This document shows positions 19,232 to 28,269 of a stretch of DNA of 64,000 nt, piece by piece (the stretch's first letter is position 1; each line of letters starts with the position of its first letter). The stretch is taken from assembly GCA_945612235.1 (NCBI GenBank), contig CALZAE010000003.1:10203-74202 (forward strand), given 5' to 3'. The notes under the pieces are model-generated. The model was not told the DNA's origin and did no database searches. It worked only from the letters and a program-made list of their open reading frames with translations. A program made the translations under genes and the position numbers. This DNA is from an uncultured Gammaproteobacteria bacterium. Its GTDB lineage: Bacteria > Pseudomonadota > Gammaproteobacteria > Pseudomonadales > Pseudomonadaceae.

Positions 19232-19687
19232 ATGAAACGATTTAATTTACGTAACGAAATTTTATTGCAGTTAGTCGAATCTGCTCAGGACGGGATAGTT
19301 GTTGCCGAAAAAGAAGGAGACGACACCATTTTGGTTTACGTCAATCCGGCTTTTGAGCAATTAACAGGCTATAGCGCAGAAGAAATTCTGTATCAAGATT
19401 GCCGTTTTTTGCAGGGTGAAGATACCAATGTCGCATCAGTCAAAGTCATTCGCGAGGCTATTAATGACCAAGCACCGGTACGCACTATCCTAAAAAATTA
19501 TCGCAAAGATGGTTCAGTTTTTTGGAATGAACTCAGTGTGACGCCCTTCTTTGATGAAGTGGATCAAATCACCTACTACATTGGTATTCAAAAGGATGTA
19601 ACCACGCAAGTTGAGCTGTCTTTAGAGCTTGAGGCTGCACATGAGACGATTGAACGCCTGAACGCACAACTGGCTCAACACTCATAA
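19232..19687 (+). CDS. Short LOV-domain blue-light photoreceptor (PpSB-LOV type)
   Basis: DGIVVAEKEGDDTILVYVN, YQDCRFLQG with photoactive Cys, NYRKDGSVFWNEL, GIQKDV; no effector domain, only a C-terminal helix. Confidence 0.92.
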   Translation: MKRFNLRNEILLQLVESAQDGIVVAEKEGDDTILVYVNPAFEQLTGYSAEEILYQDCRFLQGEDTNVASVKVIREAINDQAPVRTILKNYRKDGSVFWNELSVTPFFDEVDQITYYIGIQKDVTTQVELSLELEAAHETIERLNAQLAQHS

Positions 19688-20551
19688 GTTGAGCGGGGTA
19701 AACCAACGCTCTGCAACACGCAGTTCACAATTGACGCTTGGCGGCTCTACTTGAGTTAAAGTGTCATTGCCAAAAACCCAAGCACGCATCGACGCGTATT
19801 TCTTAAAGCATGCACTCCATTGCGCTGTGGCTGTAGCGTGCTCATCAACAAAAAGCACCGCTTGAATCGATACAGCCCGCGCCGACATTAAACTCTGCTC
19901 AAGCGAGCACTGATGATTGAGTTCAACGGGTTGATAACCTTGTTCAAAACAAAACAGTGCGACCAACTGAGCTAAATATTCTGGCGTTTGCGCTGTTGTT
20001 TGCACAGCAATACGCTGGCTAGGTAACACTGGCTGGCTGTATAAACTGTGCAAGCGCACCTGTAAACGTCGAGCTACACTGCTGCGCCAAAATGCCAGCA
20101 CTACGCTCTGATGCTCACTCTCATGTAACTGCTGCTCAACCTCTATCAATAATGCATAAACAGCACTCAAGCTATGGTCAGCCAATAAGCGATCAAGTAA
20201 ACGCTCTAATGCTTGCACTGATAACTGCATCACAGTTTGCGCTAAAGCCTGCACCAATACATTGTGATCACTGCTTGGCGTGTGTGTCGCTGCCTGCACA
20301 TGACGCGGTGGCGAATCACTGATCACCGCTTTAATCCGGCTAATGGGCACACCTTCAGCCATTAAGCGCAAGGTCTCATGCAAGAAATCAATATGTTCTT
20401 GGCTGTACAAACGATGCCCCGATTCAGTGCGCACCGGCTCAATTAATTGATAACGGCGCTCCCATGCTCGCAAGGTTATGGGGTTTACCCCAGTCAACCG
20501 AGCTACTTCACGGATGGGGTACAGTGCGCTCTGGTCGATGGCATCGCTCAT
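19682..20551 (-). CDS. MerR-family LitR/CarH-like transcriptional regulator (class II type)
   Basis: YPIREVARLTGVNPITLRAWERRYQLIEPVRTESGHRLYS wHTH; C-terminal region lacks an obvious W-x9-EH / DxH cobalamin motif. Confidence 0.88.
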   Translation of the reverse strand: MSDAIDQSALYPIREVARLTGVNPITLRAWERRYQLIEPVRTESGHRLYSQEHIDFLHETLRLMAEGVPISRIKAVISDSPPRHVQAATHTPSSDHNVLVQALAQTVMQLSVQALERLLDRLLADHSLSAVYALLIEVEQQLHESEHQSVVLAFWRSSVARRLQVRLHSLYSQPVLPSQRIAVQTTAQTPEYLAQLVALFCFEQGYQPVELNHQCSLEQSLMSARAVSIQAVLFVDEHATATAQWSACFKKYASMRAWVFGNDTLTQVEPPSVNCELRVAERWFTPLNL

Positions 20552-20590
20552 TAGACATTATACTCTGTAAGATTCTTTTATAATAAAACG

Positions 20591-20625
20591 TATACACAAG
20601 TTGTGCAGCTATTCACAATTGTACC
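20591..20625. promoter_or_regulatory. Putative LitR operator upstream of the MerR gene
   Basis: TATACACAAGTTGTGCAG matches the 24998 site at 16 of 18 positions; TGTGCA-N12-TGTACC. Confidence 0.55.
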
Positions 20626-20634
20626 GCTCAAGTA

Positions 20635-21153
20635 CTAATTTGGCGATGCTTTAACGCGCTCTGCTGCTAATCCTTGGGTTAAGTCTCGTTTAAGCTGGGC
20701 AGATAAGGGCTTGTCACCTAACCAAATGCCAAAATACAGCGCTTTAAAGCCAGGGGTTGATACCCGTACCAGTTCTTTACCGTTCAATAGCAAGGCTGTC
20801 CCCTGATCCGGTTGGTAATCCAAATGATAGCAATCGCCTGGCTGTACCGCTTGATAGGCTTGGTGCAAACGTATCACTGCAGCCTGCAACTCAGCCGTTA
20901 AAGAGTCGGGTAAAACAGTCTGCGCACCTTCAATAAAGTTTTCAACGCTTAACTCACGCAGATAACACAACTCTAAGCGCGCCGGTTTATCATCGGCTAA
21001 AGCTTGGCTTAAACTGACCTGCGTCTCGGTAAAAAAAGCTGCATGGTACAGCTTAAATAAACCCCAGCGCGCCACACCTTCACCGACCTGAGTCACGTTA
21101 GCACTGGCTGCACTTGCCAGTGCTAACAGAATAAAGCAGCACAGAATCCTCAC
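20635..21153 (-). CDS. Chalcone-isomerase-like periplasmic protein
   Basis: Signal peptide, VGEGVARWGLFKLY, LELCYLR, VQPGD, FGIWLG..LKRDL. Confidence 0.8.
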   Translation of the reverse strand: MRILCCFILLALASAASANVTQVGEGVARWGLFKLYHAAFFTETQVSLSQALADDKPARLELCYLRELSVENFIEGAQTVLPDSLTAELQAAVIRLHQAYQAVQPGDCYHLDYQPDQGTALLLNGKELVRVSTPGFKALYFGIWLGDKPLSAQLKRDLTQGLAAERVKASPN

Positions 21154-21689
21154 GGCTGTGCCTTGCTAAAAAATAACGTCACTTCACCCACTTTAAAGCC
21201 CCACTTAGTGACTTCTGCGCGGTTGAGCATGACGTCGTCTGACTGCAGGAACATCCAATCATCAAACTTCACATGGATGCTGCTATTTTTGTAAGGTAAA
21301 TCTAAAGTGTAGCGCCAAGTGAATACCGAGCCAGCACTCTCGCCGTAGGCAGTGCCTATCACATCACCCGCCGTACCGCTGTATTGATTATTTGCCAAGC
21401 GCTGAATCACCCAAACGCGCTGCTCTTTTTCACCATCGTCATACACAAAGCGCTCATCTAGGGTGAGCTGATCACCCTCAACAGTGCCTGTAATATCGAC
21501 AGTAAAGCGGCGCTTGACGGTACCAGAGCGGTCTTGAAACTGACCATAGGCGTGGCTTTTACCAGCAAAATAACTAAACAAATCCAACTTAGGCTCGCTG
21601 TGAGCATAATCTTGTACTTTAGGGCCGCTACAACCGACTAGCAGCACAACACTGCATAAAGCCAAAAACACAGTACGAATACTCATCAC
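21150..21689 (-). CDS. DUF3833 family lipoprotein
   Basis: Lipobox LVG-C; RRFTVDI, LDERFVYDDGE, FDDWMF, KWGFKVGEV. Confidence 0.85.
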   Translation of the reverse strand: MMSIRTVFLALCSVVLLVGCSGPKVQDYAHSEPKLDLFSYFAGKSHAYGQFQDRSGTVKRRFTVDITGTVEGDQLTLDERFVYDDGEKEQRVWVIQRLANNQYSGTAGDVIGTAYGESAGSVFTWRYTLDLPYKNSSIHVKFDDWMFLQSDDVMLNRAEVTKWGFKVGEVTLFFSKAQP

Positions 21690-22903
21690 GCATGCTCCAA
21701 GGTCAGTTGTACGACATCAGTGGACTGGGTTTCAAAACCAACGCGGCAATAATCTAGGTAATAGCGCCAAATACGCTGGAAGCGCTGGTCATAGCCCAGC
21801 TCTAATAATTGCTCAGCCTTAGTGTTAAAAACTTTGTGCCAGTATTGCAAAGTACGCGCATAATCTTGACCAAAGGCCAACTCGTTCGTCACTTTAAAGC
21901 CGTGCTCATGCGCGAGCTGATACAACTGCTGCTTGGATGGCAACAAACCACCTGGGAAGATAAACATCTGAATAAAATCCACATCATTTTGATAACGTTC
22001 AGCGCGAATATCTTCAATAGTGATAACTTGCAAGACTGCTTTACCATCAGCCTTTAACAGACGCTTGAGCTGAGTAAAGTAATCATGCCAATACTCTTTG
22101 CCCACTGCTTCAAACATTTCAATACTGACAATATGGTCAAACTGTCCTTGCTGGTGGCGATAATCCATCAGCTGCAACTGTGCTTGTTCAGCTAAGCCTT
22201 GGTGCTGCATACGCTGGTTAGCAAATTCCAATTGCTCGGTAGATAAGGTAATGCCCGTCACCTTGCAGCCTTGTTCAGCGGCACGCTCAGCAAAGCCACC
22301 CCAACCGCAACCAATTTCCAAAATATGATCGCCAGTTTGCCAGTCCAACTCATCTAAGATGCGCTGATATTTATTGGTCTGCGCCTGTGGCATAGACTCA
22401 TCGCGCGAAGTGAATAAAGCGCTGGAGTAACTCATGGTCTCGTCCAGCCACAATGTATAAAAATCGTTACCTAAATCATAATGTGCACTGATGTTTTCAC
22501 GGCTGTTTTCAACTGAGTTGTGATTGTCACGATGACTCTTAAGAAAACGCTGATAAAACCAGTTATGCCCTAAACGGGTATCGCTGAGTGCTTGCTCATT
22601 GGCCGCGCCTAAGCGCAACAAGGTGTACAAGCACGGCGTATCAATGAGTTGATCAGCGTAAGCTTTGGCAAAACCTAACTCGCCTTGACTGGTAAACAAC
22701 CAGAGAAACTTCAGCGGATTTTTAATCATCAACTCTGCATGCACACCCACTTTACTACCCGTAAAGCGCCGCTCTTGCTCACCAATACTGACGCTTAAGG
22801 AACCATAGCGAATACGCTCAAAAGGCAAATACTTCAGCAGTAGCGCCGCCAACTTAGGCGTATTGGACAAAGCTTGCAGCCAAGTTTGTGCACGCATTAA
22901 CAT
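21686..22903 (-). CDS. SAM-dependent fatty-acid methyltransferase, Cfa/UfaM family
   Basis: NISAHYDLGNDFY, LEIGCGWG, SIEMFEAVG, FIFPGG; ATG 22903 preceded by GGAG. Confidence 0.92.
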   Translation of the reverse strand: MLMRAQTWLQALSNTPKLAALLLKYLPFERIRYGSLSVSIGEQERRFTGSKVGVHAELMIKNPLKFLWLFTSQGELGFAKAYADQLIDTPCLYTLLRLGAANEQALSDTRLGHNWFYQRFLKSHRDNHNSVENSRENISAHYDLGNDFYTLWLDETMSYSSALFTSRDESMPQAQTNKYQRILDELDWQTGDHILEIGCGWGGFAERAAEQGCKVTGITLSTEQLEFANQRMQHQGLAEQAQLQLMDYRHQQGQFDHIVSIEMFEAVGKEYWHDYFTQLKRLLKADGKAVLQVITIEDIRAERYQNDVDFIQMFIFPGGLLPSKQQLYQLAHEHGFKVTNELAFGQDYARTLQYWHKVFNTKAEQLLELGYDQRFQRIWRYYLDYCRVGFETQSTDVVQLTLEHA

Positions 22904-23673
22904 AATTCCATCTCCGAATGACTGTATTGAATCGCTTCTAAATGTTGAGGTGTGCGATGAAATTTGCCACCTTTGATAAAAATTTTTAATGCCCACCAGT
23001 GAATCAAACCAATCACTTTAAGCATGGTCAACGGGGCAAAACCCACTTGCTTTAACAGTTGCTGATCGCTGAGTTCAAGGTAGTGCCCTGCTTCACTGGC
23101 GGTAAAAAACTCTTCGCCTTGGCGCGTCTCACGGATGCTGACAAACATTTTTTGCCCTGGTGCGCCCAAGCGAAAATGATAACGCGCGTCCATATCAATA
23201 AAAGGTGAAACATGGAAAATCTTTTTAGCCTCAGCGCGAATACTTTTCTCTCTCTGGCCTGACACCTTCAGCACATAATGATGCCACTGACCAAAGGTGT
23301 TACTGACCTCAGCAATCACCGCGATCAATTGCCCTTGCGCATCGTAGGCGTACCACATCGACAGCGGGTTAAAGCTGTAACCCAAAACTCTGGGGTAGCA
23401 CACCAACTCAACGCGAACTGGACGCTCTACATTGTACTGCGCTAAAAATCCATCCACCCACTCGCGCCAAGGCGTGCCATCACGTGGACCATGGTCTTGG
23501 TAATTGAGGCTCACCAGATTAAAGCGATTGATACTTAACCAACGTAACTTTGGTGCTTCCTGCTCAATGCAATCAATATCGACCTTGATACTAAAGGTGC
23601 GATAGGCAAAACGGTATTCCACCGGCTGCTGGCGCGCATGCGCGACTTGGCTGACATAGAGATTGGAGCTCAT
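22897..23673 (-). CDS. DUF1365 family protein (UfaO-like)
   Basis: PRVLGYSFNPLS, AEVSNTFGQWH, KIFHVSPF, IHWWALK; ATG overlaps the upstream TGA. Confidence 0.88.
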   Translation of the reverse strand: MSSNLYVSQVAHARQQPVEYRFAYRTFSIKVDIDCIEQEAPKLRWLSINRFNLVSLNYQDHGPRDGTPWREWVDGFLAQYNVERPVRVELVCYPRVLGYSFNPLSMWYAYDAQGQLIAVIAEVSNTFGQWHHYVLKVSGQREKSIRAEAKKIFHVSPFIDMDARYHFRLGAPGQKMFVSIRETRQGEEFFTASEAGHYLELSDQQLLKQVGFAPLTMLKVIGLIHWWALKIFIKGGKFHRTPQHLEAIQYSHSEMELC

Positions 23674-24959
23674 TCTGCTTCCCACGGCAAAGCGATTTGC
23701 CAGAGTTTTGCTATACGCACGGCGCTAGCTAAACCGTCTTCATGGAAACCATAACCACCATAAGCGCCAGCAAACCAACAGCTTTTACAGCCCTGAATGC
23801 CCGGCAGTTGTGCTTGTGCTTGAATCGCTTGGGTATCAAACACCGGGTGCTGGTAATCGAGCACCTTTAAAACATGTTCCGCACGCGGCTCAACAATAGG
23901 GTTGAGGGTGACGAACACATCTTCTTGAGTCTTTAACGGCTGCAGCGCGTTCATCCAATAAGTCACAGCGACTGCGCGTTTGGATTGACGGTTTTCACCA
24001 CTGAGGTAATTCCACGACGCCCAAGCGAGCTTCTTACCCGGCATTTGTGTCGGATCAGTGTGCAACCACGCTTGGTTGTACTGGTAAGTAAAGTTTTTCA
24101 ATACATCAAAACTGGAATCATTCAATAAATCGTAGGCCTCATCGGCATGACAGGCAAATACCACTTGATCAAACATGTGGCTTTGCCCGTCTGCCGTGCG
24201 TAAAGATACAGTCTGTTCTGGCGTTTCATTTAGCACCACATCAGTCACCCCCTGCTGATACACAGCAAAGCTATTTAAGGCGATAATCTTTTCTAAATAG
24301 GTACGCGCACCGTTAATCACTGTTTGCCATTGCGGACGATCGTTGACGTTGAGCAGGCCATGGTTAGCGAAGAACTGTAAAAAGCTCTGCGCTGGAAACT
24401 TCAACATGGTATCCGTTGGGCAGGACCAAATCGCCGCAGCCATGGGCAACAAATAATCATGCTGCATGGGCTGAGCAAAACCATTGTTACTCAGATATTC
24501 ACCCAGGGTTAATTGCTCAGGCAAGCCTTGTACAAGGTCCACTTTAGCCATTTTATTAAAACGCAAAATATCAGTAATCATGTGCCAATGGCGTGGCGAA
24601 AACAGGTTTTTGCGCTGAGCGAACATGGTATTGAGATTGTTACCAGCGTATTCCAAACGGCCTTGATCAATGGATACCGCAAAGCTCATATCAGTTGGAT
24701 GCGTCGCTACATTCAAATGCGCAAACATCGCCTTAAGCAAAGGATAGTTAGGCTCGTTATAAACAATAAAGCCGGTATCCACAGGAATAGTTTCACCGCT
24801 ACGCAAGGTGGCGTCGATGGTGTTGGTGTGACCACCCAAAGTTGGGTTCTTCTCGAACAAAGTCACATCATGTTTTTGACTGAGGAACCAAGCGCTACTG
24901 ATGCCGCTGATACCGCTGCCAACCACTGCTACTTTGTAACCTTTCTGAGGGTCGAACAT
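23670..24959 (-). CDS. FAD-dependent oxidoreductase/desaturase (UfaD-like)
   Basis: VVGSGISG, LGGHTNT, VDTGFIVYN, WASWNY, GYGFHEDG. Alternative GTG start at 24971. Confidence 0.9.
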   Translation of the reverse strand: MFDPQKGYKVAVVGSGISGISSAWFLSQKHDVTLFEKNPTLGGHTNTIDATLRSGETIPVDTGFIVYNEPNYPLLKAMFAHLNVATHPTDMSFAVSIDQGRLEYAGNNLNTMFAQRKNLFSPRHWHMITDILRFNKMAKVDLVQGLPEQLTLGEYLSNNGFAQPMQHDYLLPMAAAIWSCPTDTMLKFPAQSFLQFFANHGLLNVNDRPQWQTVINGARTYLEKIIALNSFAVYQQGVTDVVLNETPEQTVSLRTADGQSHMFDQVVFACHADEAYDLLNDSSFDVLKNFTYQYNQAWLHTDPTQMPGKKLAWASWNYLSGENRQSKRAVAVTYWMNALQPLKTQEDVFVTLNPIVEPRAEHVLKVLDYQHPVFDTQAIQAQAQLPGIQGCKSCWFAGAYGGYGFHEDGLASAVRIAKLWQIALPWEAE

Positions 24960-24986
24960 TTTCTCTAACACCTTGCATGAATTTGT

Positions 24987-25022
24987 TATATATTATTTAT
25001 ACACAAGTTATACAGTTGTACA
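24987..25022. promoter_or_regulatory. Putative LitR operator in divergent promoter
   Basis: TATATA(24987), TATACA(24998), TATACA(25009) at exact 11-bp spacing, plus TGTACA(25017), in a ~73-bp intergenic region. Confidence 0.65.
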
Positions 25023-25032
25023 AGGTGTCGCT

Positions 25033-25806
25033 ATGAATAATTTTATTAAGCCACAACGCATTTGGATTGTCGGTGCCTCACAAGGCATAGGTTTAGAGCT
25101 GGTAAAAATCTGGCTGACACAAGGCCATCAAGTCATCGCCTCTGCGCGTAAGGCCGAACAATCACAGGCGTTAATGCAGTTGCAGCAGCGTTTTGGCAAG
25201 CAGTTACACTGCCTGAATGTTGATGTCAGCGATGCCACTGACTGTGCACTCAAAGCAGAATTGGCATGGTCTATTTTTAGCGGATTAGATTTATGGTTTT
25301 ACAATGTCGGTGCTTATCAACCGATGAGCACCGCTGAGTGGGATTTTTCGGCCTTTATACAAATGAACCACAGTAACTATCTTGGCGCAGTGGCATTGAT
25401 GGTGCCTTTACAGCAGCGCTTTGCACAACAAGGTCATGGTCGCTGGATTTGGAATGCCAGTTTAGCCTCCTATTTTGGCTTGCCCTATGGCGGTGGTTAC
25501 TCCGCACCTAAAGCCGCTTTGGTTAATTTAGCGCAAGCGCTGCAGCCGGAATTAGCCACACACAACATTCAACTGCAAATTATTAATCATGGTTTTGTGC
25601 GCACTCGCCTGACAGAAAAAAATGAATTTTCTATGCCCGGTTTGCTCGAGCCAGAGCAAGCCGCCGCCCAGATTGCGCAAGCCGTAGCCAAGAGTCGACG
25701 TTTTGAAATTCGTTTCCCTTGGCAACTGCGCATCGTCCTCAGTGCATTGCGCTGGATGCCCTATGCTTGGTCACTCACGCTCACGCGAAAAATGTTAAGG
25801 ACTTAA
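25033..25806 (+). CDS. Short-chain dehydrogenase/reductase
   Basis: VGASQGIG nucleotide-binding motif, YSAPK catalytic YxxxK, HGFVRT. Confidence 0.9.
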   Translation: MNNFIKPQRIWIVGASQGIGLELVKIWLTQGHQVIASARKAEQSQALMQLQQRFGKQLHCLNVDVSDATDCALKAELAWSIFSGLDLWFYNVGAYQPMSTAEWDFSAFIQMNHSNYLGAVALMVPLQQRFAQQGHGRWIWNASLASYFGLPYGGGYSAPKAALVNLAQALQPELATHNIQLQIINHGFVRTRLTEKNEFSMPGLLEPEQAAAQIAQAVAKSRRFEIRFPWQLRIVLSALRWMPYAWSLTLTRKMLRT

Positions 25807-25809
25807 TAT

Positions 25810-26247
25810 ATGCCCACCATCGAGCCAGTGTTACAACGCTATAAAACCCTATTTGAAACCTTGAGCCTGCGCACTGTGGAGGAGGATTTTCTAAAGGTAT
25901 TTAGCAGCGACGTCTATTTTAAAGACCCCTTTAACGCCGTGCGCGGTCTGCCACACTTGCAGCATATTTTTCAACATATGTTCAGCACCTTGCTTGAACC
26001 CCAGTTTCATATCATTGATTTAGCCGGCAGTGGCAGCAGTGGTTTTTTAGAATGGCAATTTACTTTTAAACTCAAAGCCGGCGCCGCCAGTCAGTTTATT
26101 CAAGGCGTGAGTAAAATTGAAATCAACCCACAAGGCCAAGTCTGCAGCCATATTGATTACTGGGATACGGGTGAATATGTCCACAGCAAGGTACCAATAT
26201 TGGGCAGCATTATCGGCATGATTAATAAACGTCTCAGCACCTCATGA
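25810..26247 (+). CDS. SnoaL/NTF2-like protein
   Basis: FKDPFN and HIDYWD motifs. Confidence 0.85.
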   Translation: MPTIEPVLQRYKTLFETLSLRTVEEDFLKVFSSDVYFKDPFNAVRGLPHLQHIFQHMFSTLLEPQFHIIDLAGSGSSGFLEWQFTFKLKAGAASQFIQGVSKIEINPQGQVCSHIDYWDTGEYVHSKVPILGSIIGMINKRLSTS

Positions 26248-27500
26248 AAGCAACAGGTCGCTGCAGTCAGCCACTGATCTATGGCCTGCTCTCTTGGCCC
26301 TTAGCGATGCTGGGTATTCCACTCTATCTGTACTTGCCCACTTACTACCATCAGCTCGGGTTAGAACTGGCCGTAGTGGGCAGCATGCTACTGTTAGCGC
26401 GTATCAGCGACATCTTCACCGACCCGCTGGTGGGTTGGTTGTGCGACCTTGGCGGGCGGCGTGGCAGTTATGCGCTGATGCTGCTGGGTTGGTTTTTATT
26501 ACTGGTCGGGCTGTGGCAATTACTGCTGCCATCACACGCCAGTGCAGGCCATTTATTACTCTGGGCCATGTGGGTGTATTTGGCCTGGACGCTGATTATG
26601 ATTCCTTACCAAGCCTTGAGCGCACAAGTCAGTCACCTAGCGCATATCAAAACCCATTACACCGCGACCCGTGAAGGCTTTGCTGTAATAGGTGTCTTGA
26701 CTGTTTTGGTGTTGCCATTTTTACTCGACGATAGCCAAGATTATCAGCAGCTATTTAGTGTGCTGTATCCGCTGGTGGCTGTAAGCCTGACGTTTACCCT
26801 CGCGCTAATGCTGTGGCGTTTACGTCTGATTGAGCAACCACCGGCACAATGCACACACGCTTTAATCAGTCTGGCCACCATGCAATTGATATGGCATGAC
26901 CGCAGCAGCCGCACCTTACTGCCAGCTTATTTTCTCAACAGCTTAGCCAATGCGCTGCCTGCCACTTTATTTTTGTTATTTGTTGAGCACTTTTTACAAC
27001 TCAATGCCTATATGGGCCTACTGTTATTAGGCTTTTTCCTCAGTGGTATTTTGGCTTTACCGCTGTGGGTGCTGCTAGCCAAGCGTATCGGCAAATACTC
27101 AGCCTGGTGCGTCTCGATGCTCACCGCCAGCGTCAGTTTTATCTGGGTGTTTAGCTTAGACGCCGGCAGTCTGTGGGGCTTTGCCCTGATTTGCTTGTTT
27201 TCAGGCCTGAGTGTCGCTGCTGACGTAGCGTTACCTGCATCGATTCAAGCGGATATCGCTCAAGACTTAAGCCAGAAACATGGCAGCATCAGTGGCCTAC
27301 TCTTTGCAGTATGGGGCGTGCTAACCAAACTCGCCTTGGCACTGGCAGTAGGTTTAGCCTTCCCCATACTGGGTTGGTTAGGTTGGGAGCAGCACAGTGA
27401 ACTCAGTTTACAAGGCCTGCTGTGGCTGTATGCCGGTGCGCCGGTAGTGCTGAAACTGATCGCACTATTCTGGCTGCGCCATGCGCGCACTAGCCATTAA
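26244..27500 (+). CDS. MFS (GPH/MFS_2-like) transporter
   Basis: About 12 hydrophobic segments, ARISDIFTDPLVGWLCD, IPYQALSA; ATGA overlap with the upstream gene. Confidence 0.85.
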   Translation: MKATGRCSQPLIYGLLSWPLAMLGIPLYLYLPTYYHQLGLELAVVGSMLLLARISDIFTDPLVGWLCDLGGRRGSYALMLLGWFLLLVGLWQLLLPSHASAGHLLLWAMWVYLAWTLIMIPYQALSAQVSHLAHIKTHYTATREGFAVIGVLTVLVLPFLLDDSQDYQQLFSVLYPLVAVSLTFTLALMLWRLRLIEQPPAQCTHALISLATMQLIWHDRSSRTLLPAYFLNSLANALPATLFLLFVEHFLQLNAYMGLLLLGFFLSGILALPLWVLLAKRIGKYSAWCVSMLTASVSFIWVFSLDAGSLWGFALICLFSGLSVAADVALPASIQADIAQDLSQKHGSISGLLFAVWGVLTKLALALAVGLAFPILGWLGWEQHSELSLQGLLWLYAGAPVVLKLIALFWLRHARTSH

Positions 27501-27556
27501 CATGCAGCAGTCAGCCATACACTACTCAGCAGCAGACAACTGACTTGCCCTTAAAA

Positions 27557-27597
27557 CAACACAGGCGCAACCTCAAAAGAGTGCTGCGCCTGTGTTG
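27557..27597. terminator. Hairpin between convergent MFS and DUF2058 genes
   Basis: CAACACAGGCGCA...TGCGCCTGTGTTG 13-bp perfect stem with A/T runs nearby. Confidence 0.7.
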
Positions 27598-27670
27598 GAC
27601 TTTTGGGTTTTTATACTCTGCTTTTTAGAATACAAGCGTTTACCAGCCGTGTTTTTAAATCAGAGCTGCC

Positions 27671-28210
27671 TTACCACATCAAATCATCTGGAATCTGAAA
27701 CGCTGCGTATGGGTCATCTTCTTTGACTTCTTCAGCCTCAAGATTAAGTACCACAATCCGGCGCGCATCACGCTCTTGTACTTTGAGCGCCACATCACGC
27801 GGAATGATTTCATAACCTTGGCCATGCTTCACAATAGCTAACTGACCGTTGACCAGCTTATTGCGCACCACAGGATTGACGGCAATGCGTTTGACCTTTT
27901 TATAGTCAACAAAGTTGTAATAATCTTCGCTATCCAATTTCGGTAAACGTGCGCCTTCAATCAATTGGCGAATCTGCGCCACAAAGGCTTTGCGCTCAGC
28001 ATTTTCTTGCTGTTGACGATTGAGCTCTTGATCACGTGCCTGCTTCTCAGCCATAGCCTTTAAAGCCGCTTGACGCTGTGTATCATCAATCTCAACCGCG
28101 CCTTTTTTCTCAAGGCGTTGTTGTCTTTTTTGCTCTTTACCCGCTTGCTTGGCTTGTTTCTCATTCACCAAACCCGCTTTTAGCATTTGGTCACGCAAAG
28201 ATAAACTCAT
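27671..28210 (-). CDS. DUF2058 (YaiL-like) protein
   Basis: SLRDQMLKAGLV start and DDPYAAFQIPDDLMW end. Confidence 0.92.
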   Translation of the reverse strand: MSLSLRDQMLKAGLVNEKQAKQAGKEQKRQQRLEKKGAVEIDDTQRQAALKAMAEKQARDQELNRQQQENAERKAFVAQIRQLIEGARLPKLDSEDYYNFVDYKKVKRIAVNPVVRNKLVNGQLAIVKHGQGYEIIPRDVALKVQERDARRIVVLNLEAEEVKEDDPYAAFQIPDDLMW

Positions 28211-28269
28211 GTGATTGTAAACCTATCGGCAAATATTTAAAAAACACAGCACGCTCAACTGCGCCATGA

